From positions 1 through 33,597 of the IMG/VR virus record IMGVR_UViG_3300044491_000588: DNA of 33,597 bases; one strand, given 5' to 3'. Below, one piece after another: positions 27,127-33,597 of this stretch. Both the position numbers and the translations under genes were made by a program. How positions within the stretch are numbered: position 1 is the first letter of the stretch; each line of letters starts with the position of its first letter. Source of the DNA: a virus (lineage: Duplodnaviria; Caudoviricetes). The notes under the pieces are model-generated. The model was not told the DNA's origin. It ran no database searches and saw nothing but the letters and a program-made list of their open reading frames with translations.

Positions 27127-28712
27127 TGCTACTAAAGAAAGCCAAAGAATCCTGGAAAGGTAATTTTGACAAACTGCTAGCTAGTGCGGAGCGCAAAGAG
27201 TTTGGTAATGCCAGGCGTTACTACCAGGGGGAATACTTAAAAGCTATTGAGGAGTTTCAGAGATCTGGTAAGACTACAGGATATGATAACCTATTTAGAG
27301 TGGCGGACTTTACAGAAATATACCGCCAAACCTATGTAAACATAGGACTCAAATTTGCCAAGTGGTATGCTAAAAACTTTGACAAAGTAATATCTAAACA
27401 AGTCGATGTATCTGGATATGATGACATCTGGGCGGAGAGATTTAATACAGTTAGCCAACAAATAGCAGCAGAAAGAGTGGTACTGGTCCAGGGAACTGCG
27501 AAAGCTACATTGATCAAAGTATTTAAACAGCTATCCTCAGATCCAGAGTTTATGGCAATGAATGAGAGAGAGGCTCAGAGAATATTGCGCCAAAAGTTTG
27601 GACAGTATTCTAAAAGCCAGGCAGAGAGATTAATTAGAACTGAGGCAACTAATGCGGCTAATGTAGCAACGCTCCAGAGCGCTACTGATATGTTTGGACA
27701 GGATAATCTACAAAAGGAGTGGATGACTTCTATAGATGGCAGAGAACGCCCAGCTCATAGAGCAGCTGATGCTCAGATAGTAGATTTTAAAGAAAGGTTT
27801 TTAGTAGGTGGCGAGCAGTTGTTTAATCCTGGTGATCCAGCTGGTAGCGCAAAAAATGTAGTCAACTGTAGATGCTCTACAGCGCCATTTCCTAAAGAGG
27901 ATGCCCAGGCTATTGGAACTATAGAGGGATTTGGAGTGCGACCTCCAGGAGGATCTACTCAGAGTGTACTTAGAACGCCAAAGCCAGTTAGAGAGGCTAT
28001 TAGGGTGGTAGATGATTTGTCAGATGTTAGAACAGTTAAAGAGGCTAGAGAAGTCGCTAAGAAATTATTAACTGATAATTCCATAAATATTCAATCAGTT
28101 TCTATTTCTAGCGCTTTAGATTTGCCAACAATAAATTTATATTTAAAGCAATTAAATAAACTGACTAAAAAGTACAATATAAATCATTCAGTAAATACAA
28201 AATATCCAGTTGGATTGAGGTTTAAATCAACTAAGGGTTACTATGGAGTTGTAACTAGATCACAAAACATGACTGAGTATTTTGCTGGAGAGGGTTTTTC
28301 TTTAAGAAAAATAAATTTCGGCGATATAACAGATTCAATAGAGAATAGGACTAGATACAAAGGAATAGATAAGGCTAAAAAAACATTTAAATCTAGCGTA
28401 GATATAGAAAACAATAAAATAGCTACACTAACCCATGAATTTGCTCATATTATAAGTGACAGCAAAAATCCACTTCATTCTCAATTTTGGGATGAATTAA
28501 AACAAATCAAACGTAATTACGCTGATGATTTAAAAAAATACATAGACGATGAAAATTATAAAGCATTTAATGATATTTATTTAGGTCAATACGCTAGCAC
28601 TAATATGGATGAGTTTTTAGCTGAGGGATTTGCAGAATACGAATTATCATCTAAGCCTAGTAAATACGCCAGATTAATTGGCGAAAAAGTAAATCAATAT
28701 TTTAAAAAATGA
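27126..28712 (+). CDS. MuF (SPP1 gp7-like) minor head protein with C-terminal zincin-like domain
   Basis: RLIRTE, KEW....DGRER..H and NCRC motifs; C-terminal HEFAH and YASTNMDEFLAEGF. Confidence 0.85.
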   Translation: MLLKKAKESWKGNFDKLLASAERKEFGNARRYYQGEYLKAIEEFQRSGKTTGYDNLFRVADFTEIYRQTYVNIGLKFAKWYAKNFDKVISKQVDVSGYDDIWAERFNTVSQQIAAERVVLVQGTAKATLIKVFKQLSSDPEFMAMNEREAQRILRQKFGQYSKSQAERLIRTEATNAANVATLQSATDMFGQDNLQKEWMTSIDGRERPAHRAADAQIVDFKERFLVGGEQLFNPGDPAGSAKNVVNCRCSTAPFPKEDAQAIGTIEGFGVRPPGGSTQSVLRTPKPVREAIRVVDDLSDVRTVKEAREVAKKLLTDNSINIQSVSISSALDLPTINLYLKQLNKLTKKYNINHSVNTKYPVGLRFKSTKGYYGVVTRSQNMTEYFAGEGFSLRKINFGDITDSIENRTRYKGIDKAKKTFKSSVDIENNKIATLTHEFAHIISDSKNPLHSQFWDELKQIKRNYADDLKKYIDDENYKAFNDIYLGQYASTNMDEFLAEGFAEYELSSKPSKYARLIGEKVNQYFKK

Positions 28713-28900
28713 CACCAACTAACTTAATTTGTGAAAAATGTAAGCATTTTAAACCTATCTCTGGAGGTTGCAATGCTTTTAAAGATGATATACCAGAAAT
28801 CATTATACATACTAACAGGCATGATAAACCACTGCCAGATCAAAAAAATAAAATAGTTTTTGAGAAAGGTCAGTCTGAGGAGGATAAATTTTTTAATTAA
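28709..28900 (+). CDS. Small Cys/His protein, candidate immunity or partner of the MuF toxin domain
   Basis: 63 aa; CEKCKH...CNAF..DIP...H..P; ATGA overlap with muF. Confidence 0.65.
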   Translation: MTPTNLICEKCKHFKPISGGCNAFKDDIPEIIIHTNRHDKPLPDQKNKIVFEKGQSEEDKFFN

Positions 28901-28912
28901 TATATTTGCAAT

Positions 28913-29605
28913 ATGAATACAATCATTTATAAATCAACTCAGATAGGCGAGCTGTTAGATGCTGACGCCTCAGCTGGAGTTGTAAAGGGTTATGGATCTG
29001 TTTTTGGTAATGTCGATAGTGATGGCGATATAATCAATAAGGGAGCATACAAAAAGACACTACAAGAGAACGCCAAAAGAGTAAAGTATCTCTATCAGCA
29101 TGATATGGATAAACCTCTAGGCAAAATGGTCCACCTTGAGGAGGATGACAAAGGTTTAATATTCGAGGCGCAAATCCCTAAAACACAATTAGGAAAAGAT
29201 GTCGTAGAATTAATGAAAGCTGGAGTCATTACTGAGAACTCTGTAGGCATTTTACCAGTTCAAAAAGAAATGAGATCTGATGGCTATAGACACCTCAACG
29301 AGGTTAAATTATTTGAAATCTCAGCTGTAACACTTGCAGCTAATGACCAGGCAATGATTATGAATGTAAAAGGAAATGTAGATCCAGAGAAAATTGCTAA
29401 GAGATTCGATAAAATTGCACAACTACTCAGAAAGGGAGAAATCTCTGATGAGCTTGGATTCGCCTTAGAGGCGGAAATACTAAAGCTAAAATCTATTTAC
29501 ATAAATGTCACTCAGCCGACCGATATTGAAGTCACTGAGCCGATCGAGGTAAAAGCAGACAATAGCGAGATTTTTAATTATTTGTTAAACACTCTAAAAA
29601 AATAA
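28913..29605 (+). CDS. Prohead protease (HK97 family, S78)
   Basis: GYGSVFGNVDSDGD, YQHD, ENSVG and LFEISAVTLAAN motifs. Confidence 0.93.
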   Translation: MNTIIYKSTQIGELLDADASAGVVKGYGSVFGNVDSDGDIINKGAYKKTLQENAKRVKYLYQHDMDKPLGKMVHLEEDDKGLIFEAQIPKTQLGKDVVELMKAGVITENSVGILPVQKEMRSDGYRHLNEVKLFEISAVTLAANDQAMIMNVKGNVDPEKIAKRFDKIAQLLRKGEISDELGFALEAEILKLKSIYINVTQPTDIEVTEPIEVKADNSEIFNYLLNTLKK

Positions 29606-29607
29606 TA

Positions 29608-30813
29608 ATGGAGGAAAACGTAAAAAATCAACTAGACCAGATCGGAAACATAGTTGATGAGAAAATTGAGAAAGCATTTAACCAGGCTAAAGATAACGCC
29701 AAAGGTGAAATGGAATCATCTCTAAAATCAGAGATTAATAATTTAACTACACAATATGTAGAAAAAAGCGAAGCTCTTAACAAGAGAATGGATGAAATGG
29801 AAATGGCTGCAAAGAAAACACTTTCTGGAGCTACTCCTCAATCATTTAAATCAGCTATTCACACAGCTTTAAAAGATGGCGCAATTGATGCAATGCTAAA
29901 AGGTAATGCAAACGCTGCACGCTTTGAAGTAAAAGCTGATATGAGTTTAGGCGCTGATGTTACAGGAGTTATTGCTGCTGAAACTATCGTAGATCAAATC
30001 AAATACGATCCTAGCAGATCAGTACATATTCGCTCTTTACTACCTTTAGGATCAACTGATGCACAGACTATCCGTTTCCCTAAAGAAACTGCATACTCTG
30101 ATGGAGCTGCTGCTACTGCTGAGGCTGCTGCATTTGGACAGTCAGATTTCGATCTAGCTGCATCTACTGTAAATGTCGAGAAAATCGGTACTTACATGAG
30201 AATCACTGGAGAGATGCTAGATGATATTAAGCAATTAACTTCATATCTATCAGCTAGAGTACCAGAGAAAGTACTTTCTGTAGAGGATAATGAAATCTTA
30301 AATGGAGATGGATCATCGCCAAACCTAGATGGATTATTTACTGATGGGACTGCATTTGCTGCTGGCGGATTCGCTTTAGCTATTGAATCAGCTAATGAGT
30401 TTGACGTGCTTACAGTTGCTTTAAACCAACTAGCACTAGCTAACTACCAGGCTGATACTATTTTGTTAAACCCAACTGATTTACATAAAATGATCTTGTT
30501 GAAATCTACTGCTAATGAGTATTTGAGAAATCAAATCTTTAGCGGTTTACAGCCAACAATCAATGGAATCCCTGTAACAGTAAATACTGCTGTAACAGCT
30601 GGAAAATTCTTAGTAGGAAATCTACGCCAAGCATCTCAGCTTTGGATTCGTGAGAATCTAGCTGTAGAGTTCTCAAGAGAGGACAGCGATAACTTCCAAA
30701 AGAATTTTGTTACTGTACGCGCAATGGAGAGAGTAGCTTTAACAAATTATCTACCAAACGCGATAGTACAAGGAACTTTTTCAACTGCTAAATCCGCTTT
30801 AGAGACTGCATAA
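29608..30813 (+). CDS. Major capsid protein, HK97 fold with N-terminal delta domain
   Basis: 401 aa; helical ~110-aa N-terminus; EDNEILNGDG, LNPTD and FQKNFVTVRAMER motifs. Confidence 0.95.
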   Translation: MEENVKNQLDQIGNIVDEKIEKAFNQAKDNAKGEMESSLKSEINNLTTQYVEKSEALNKRMDEMEMAAKKTLSGATPQSFKSAIHTALKDGAIDAMLKGNANAARFEVKADMSLGADVTGVIAAETIVDQIKYDPSRSVHIRSLLPLGSTDAQTIRFPKETAYSDGAAATAEAAAFGQSDFDLAASTVNVEKIGTYMRITGEMLDDIKQLTSYLSARVPEKVLSVEDNEILNGDGSSPNLDGLFTDGTAFAAGGFALAIESANEFDVLTVALNQLALANYQADTILLNPTDLHKMILLKSTANEYLRNQIFSGLQPTINGIPVTVNTAVTAGKFLVGNLRQASQLWIRENLAVEFSREDSDNFQKNFVTVRAMERVALTNYLPNAIVQGTFSTAKSALETA

Positions 30814-30857
30814 TAACAGTTAATATAGCTCATTTAATAGTGAGAATTTTATTTAAT

Positions 30858-30887
30858 AGGGTAGCCTTAATTGGTTACCCTTTTTTT
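30858..30887 (+). terminator. Intrinsic terminator after MCP
   Basis: AGGGTAGCC-ttaatt-GGTTACCCT followed by a T-run. Confidence 0.85.
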
Positions 30888-30905
30888 ATGCTTTAATAAA
30901 TAAAA

Positions 30906-30946
30906 TGTAAAAAAATTTGCAATGTGTAATTATTTTTATACTTTTG
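30906..30946 (+). promoter_or_regulatory. Bacteroidota consensus promoter
   Basis: TTTG 30916-30919, 19-nt spacer, TACTTTTG 30939-30946; shares TGTAAAAAWATTTGCA with 16948. Confidence 0.8.
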
Positions 30947-30967
30947 AGTATAACAAATTTTAAAACT

Positions 30968-31132
30968 ATGAGAAATATTATTAAAAAATTCAAAGAGAGT
31001 GCGGACTATCAAGTCCTTTTAGAGATGTCAAACCCTAAGATTATTTTAGGCGCATTATTATTTAATATCTGTGCATTTGTTTTTATGTATGGCTTTTTAG
31101 ATTTGATTTTATACATACATTACGATTTATAG
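30968..31132 (+). CDS. Small membrane protein (54 aa)
   Basis: ATG at 30968 after the promoter and an A-rich leader; hydrophobic C-terminal half. Confidence 0.7.
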   Translation: MRNIIKKFKESADYQVLLEMSNPKIILGALLFNICAFVFMYGFLDLILYIHYDL

Positions 31133-31135
31133 ATT

Positions 31136-31282
31136 ATGAGTTTGCAGCAAAAGGTTAGGATTGTTTTAATAGTGGGATTTATTGCCTGGGGATTTTCTCT
31201 AGGCATTAGATTCCAAGCTACATGGGATGCCCTTGTAATGTTCGTTTTATCATTCACTTTAATGAGATACAACAATGGATGA
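31136..31282 (+). CDS. Small two-TM membrane protein (48 aa; not in ORF track)
   Basis: MSLQQKVRIVLIVGFIAWGFSLGIRFQATWDALVMFVLSFTLMRYNNG; tight gene packing. Confidence 0.65.
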   Translation: MSLQQKVRIVLIVGFIAWGFSLGIRFQATWDALVMFVLSFTLMRYNNG

Positions 31283-31409
31283 TGGATATGATTTTTATTT
31301 AGACAGCATCAGAGATTTAACTGGTAAAATGCAGCCAGCAGATTATTTGTATCTTAGTGAAAAGATATGGGAGTTCCAGGATAGGATAGATGAAATTAAA
31401 AAAAGATAA
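31275..31409 (+). CDS. Small acidic protein (44 aa; not in ORF track)
   Basis: MDDGYDFYLDSIRDLTGKMQPADYLYLSEKIWEFQDRIDEIKKR; overlaps the upstream stop. Confidence 0.6.
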   Translation: MDDGYDFYLDSIRDLTGKMQPADYLYLSEKIWEFQDRIDEIKKR

Positions 31410-31410
31410 T

Positions 31411-31533
31411 ATGGTATTTTTTGACTACACACCGCCAGATGATTACGAGGGAGGCTATTGCAGAGTTTGCGATCGCCCTAGTTATGGTGATGATATTTGC
31501 AGCGCCACTTGTTTTGAGGCATTTATGCTGTAA
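31411..31533 (+). CDS. Small acidic zinc-finger protein (40 aa; not in ORF track)
   Basis: MVFFDYTPPDDYEGGYCRVCDRPSYGDDICSATCFEAFML; CxxC-x9-CSxxC. Confidence 0.7.
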   Translation: MVFFDYTPPDDYEGGYCRVCDRPSYGDDICSATCFEAFML

Positions 31534-31563
31534 TTTTTTTGTTTTTGTTTTTCATTTGATGAT

Positions 31564-31599
31564 AACCCTAGGCTAAAATAACTGTCTAGGGTTTTTTTT
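31564..31599 (+). terminator. Intrinsic terminator
   Basis: AACCCTAGGC...GTCTAGGGTT followed by a T-run. Confidence 0.8.
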
Positions 31600-31613
31600 G
31601 TAGCTTTGATTTC

Positions 31614-31991
31614 GTGGATAATAATCAGCGAGGCTGTTTAGCGGAATACTTATTCGCTACAGAGTGCATGAAAAGAAACTACCAGGTTTCTATGCCGCTC
31701 ATTGACTCATCTCTATACGACTGTATAGTAGATACAGGAGAGCGACTCCTCAGAGTACAGATTAAATCCTCATCTAAAACCCCAGAGAATGAGCGCAGAA
31801 AAAATGTACATATTCCTTTACAAAATAATAAACGTAACTACACTAAAGAAAAAATTGACTACTTTGCTGTATGGTGTGATTTTTTTGATGGCTGGTTTAT
31901 TTTTAAAAATAATGGACAAATGCAGTCAATAAGAGTTTCAATCACAGGCAAAAACAAAAAATATTTTAATAACTTTGCATTTAACGAATGA
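31614..31991 (+). CDS. Free-standing PD-(D/E)XK endonuclease (homing-type)
   Basis: RG.LAE...VSMP....YDCIVD...RVQIK...YT..KIDYFAVW motif; GTG start; TAGCTTTG at 31601-31608. Confidence 0.8.
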   Translation: MDNNQRGCLAEYLFATECMKRNYQVSMPLIDSSLYDCIVDTGERLLRVQIKSSSKTPENERRKNVHIPLQNNKRNYTKEKIDYFAVWCDFFDGWFIFKNNGQMQSIRVSITGKNKKYFNNFAFNE

Positions 31992-32061
31992 TTTCTAAAA
32001 ATCATAGTTTGTTTGGTTTGTTAAGGAAAGGGCGCTACAATTACTGTGGCGCTTTTTTTTT
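31982..32061 (+). ncRNA. Candidate ~80-nt small RNA
   Basis: TAACTTTGCA at 31970 upstream; 5' hairpin ATGATTT/AAATCAT, UG-rich linker, terminator hairpin. Confidence 0.3.
32027..32061 (+). terminator. Intrinsic terminator
   Basis: AAAGGGCGCTACA-attac-TGTGGCGCTTTT... with a long T-run. Confidence 0.8.
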
Positions 32062-32084
32062 ATCTTTGTTGTAAATTAAACGAT

Positions 32085-32282
32085 ATGAAAATTAAAATCA
32101 TTAAAGATGTTTATTCTGGTGCTGGATGGCGCAAAGAGGGTGAGATTTTAGAAATGGATCCTAAAACTGCACGCCATTACATTATCAGAGGAATAGGTAT
32201 CGAATACAAAGAGGAGAAAGTAGCTAAAGAAACAAAAGAAGCTAAGACTCCTAAAAAGCGTACCACTAAAGCTAAAAAATAA
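32085..32282 (+). CDS. Small basic protein of the head-neck block (65 aa)
   Basis: ATG at 32085, TATCTTTG at 32061-32068; Lys-rich tail; this type of gene usually follows MCP directly. Confidence 0.7.
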   Translation: MKIKIIKDVYSGAGWRKEGEILEMDPKTARHYIIRGIGIEYKEEKVAKETKEAKTPKKRTTKAKK

Positions 32283-32788
32283 TGCACGACATTAAAATCA
32301 ATTCTGTAACTGGCAGCGAGATAGTAACTACTCAAAATGTAAAAGATTTTGTGAGAATAGATACTAGCGCTGATGACACTATCATAGATAGAATGATAAC
32401 AACAGCCAGGATCTGGTGCGAGAATTACATAGGCAAAGACATCGTAGCTAAAAATAGAACTTTCTACCTCCAGGAGGTGGATAATAGATTTACGCTACCA
32501 TTTGCGCCAGTTGCATCAATCAGCTCAGTAACCTCTGAGGGAACTGCTGTAAGTTATGATACCTATGGACTAGATGATACTGTAATTGAAATAGGAACGC
32601 TCCCAGCTGATGAGGTTAAAGTGACCTATATAACTACAGGATTGACTGATGACATTATCAAAGATGCAATATTGCACCTAGTAGCTACCATGTATGATTA
32701 CAGAGCTGATTTTATAGAGGGCAATGTAAATGAGGTGCCTAACAGTACTAAAAATTTACTACAGTCTTATAAAACAATGTACTTTTAA
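32282..32788 (+). CDS. Head-tail connector (HK97 gp6-like adaptor)
   Basis: VKDFVRID...DDTII..MI.TAR..CENY and AILHLVATMYDYR motifs. Confidence 0.88.
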   Translation: MHDIKINSVTGSEIVTTQNVKDFVRIDTSADDTIIDRMITTARIWCENYIGKDIVAKNRTFYLQEVDNRFTLPFAPVASISSVTSEGTAVSYDTYGLDDTVIEIGTLPADEVKVTYITTGLTDDIIKDAILHLVATMYDYRADFIEGNVNEVPNSTKNLLQSYKTMYF

Positions 32789-33114
32789 TGAACGCTGGCA
32801 AATTAAATACTAGGATAGAAGTCAAAAGGCTTACTAAAACCTCAGATGGCTTTGGCGGCACTACCTCTACAAATGCAACTGTAGAAACGCTATGGGCAAA
32901 TAAAAAGGATGTAAAGGGTGATATAACAGCAACTGAGGGAAAGCGAGGCAGATCAGTAGAAGTTGAATTAGAACTCCGCAAAAAGGCTGCTGACCAGATC
33001 CTGGACAATGACCTAATAAAAATAGAGGGCAAGGATGGACTCTATAGAATAAATGGTATCTATGATAGTAAACAGGATTTTTTTACTGTTATAAAAGCCA
33101 CAAAGTTAGATTAA
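32788..33114 (+). CDS. Head closure (stopper) protein
   Basis: MNAGKLNTRIEV...DGFGG....LWA and YRI motifs. Confidence 0.88.
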   Translation: MNAGKLNTRIEVKRLTKTSDGFGGTTSTNATVETLWANKKDVKGDITATEGKRGRSVEVELELRKKAADQILDNDLIKIEGKDGLYRINGIYDSKQDFFTVIKATKLD

Positions 33115-33115
33115 T

Positions 33116-33472
33116 ATGGAGTTAAATAAATCAGATTATAACAAGCTCCAGGCAAAGCTCACAAAGCTAAAGGCTATAGATAAAACAGCTTTAGCTACAG
33201 AGATAGGAAAAGGCGCTTTAAATATCTCTAGGAATATGAAAAAGATTTCGCCAGTAGATACTGGTAATCTTAGAAAAAATATTAAAGCTGTGGTAAATAA
33301 TAAACAAGCTGAAATCAGATCAGATGCTCCTTATTCTGGATATGTAGAATTTGGCGGTAAAAACCCAAAACGACCACAGGCAGAGATACCTTTTTTCTAC
33401 CCTAGTGTAAATAAAGGTTTTAAAGAAATGATAACCAGCATAGATAAAACAATAGAAAAACTACTCAAATGA
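33116..33472 (+). CDS. HK97 gp10-like tail component
   Basis: SPVDTGNLR..I, YSGYVEFG and PFFYPS motifs. Confidence 0.9.
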   Translation: MELNKSDYNKLQAKLTKLKAIDKTALATEIGKGALNISRNMKKISPVDTGNLRKNIKAVVNNKQAEIRSDAPYSGYVEFGGKNPKRPQAEIPFFYPSVNKGFKEMITSIDKTIEKLLK

Positions 33473-33597
33473 CGGAGGCAATACATTTTATAAGGAGGGC
33501 GATTATAACACGCCTAACGGATGCAATTACTGTAAATGGTAGTTATGTACCAGTTTATAATAGAGTGCCTAACGATGCCTCTGAGCCTTATATAAGA
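33469..33597 (+). repeat. 129-bp direct repeat of positions 1-129 (circular assembly overlap)
   Basis: Identical to 1-129 except position 127 (C) vs 33595 (A). Confidence 0.97.

Larger units (their letters stand above)
1..33468 (+). mobile_element. Complete siphovirus-like phage genome, probable Bacteroidota (Flavobacteria) host
   Basis: Full set of packaging, head, neck, tail, lysis and replication genes. The end overlap closes the circle, and the last gene's TGA overlaps the first gene's ATG (ATGA at 33469-33472). Confidence 0.95.

Noticed and set aside
31859-32005. Minus-strand 48-aa ORF with a good-looking CAAA leader
   Set aside because: It is almost entirely antisense to the endonuclease gene, I saw no minus-strand promoter, and the genome is otherwise unidirectional. 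Kept only as the alternative to the sRNA idea.
879-32084. Upstream GTG/TTG starts given in the ORF track (879, 16959, 18369, 23590, 30917, 32046)
   Set aside because: They run through promoters, terminators or neighbouring genes. ATGs at 933, 17019, 18390, 23611, 30968 and 32085 have better context.
1-33468. Stop-codon reassignment or lysogeny module
   Set aside because: Genes tile densely in the standard code using TAA, TGA and TAG stops. No integrase, partition genes or divergent repressor were seen.
33469-33597. Biological direct terminal repeat
   Set aside because: It starts exactly at a gene's ATG, lies in coding sequence and has a k-mer-like length. An assembly overlap is more likely, and a PBSX-type TerL is compatible with circular permutation.

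Overview
The window is an essentially complete, circularly assembled tailed-phage genome with a unit length of about 33,468 bp. The last 129 nt repeat the first 129 nt with one synonymous mismatch. All credible genes are on the + strand. The host is very likely Bacteroidota (Flavobacteria-like), based on repeated TAnnTTTG (-7) and TTTG (-33) promoter motifs, A/C-rich leaders without Shine-Dalgarno sites, a DUF3127-type SSB and a Twinkle-like primase-helicase. The genome encodes an HK97-type head module (TerS, PBSX-type TerL, portal with C-terminal extensions, MuF, S78 protease, MCP), siphovirus neck and tail genes (tube, chaperone with a lambda-type GGGAAAG -1 frameshift, TMP, tail-tip protein), a lysis cassette and a recombination/replication module with iterons inside the initiator gene. 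I found no integrase, DNA polymerase, methyltransferase, reverse transcriptase, tRNA or CRISPR array. Most notable are: (i) a 9 kb receptor-binding block that may form a branched fibre tree, with three mosaic glycine-rich adhesin paralogs; (ii) a MuF-zincin toxin-like fusion followed by a small Cys-rich partner gene; (iii) promoter-to-terminator ~80-nt candidate sRNAs, one complementary to translation-initiation regions; (iv) a second early-type microprotein operon inside the head-neck block; (v) a stand-alone DnaA domain IV-like protein; (vi) apparent absence of GAAGA/GAAGG on both strands. Family assignments come from motif recognition by eye; no database searches were run.
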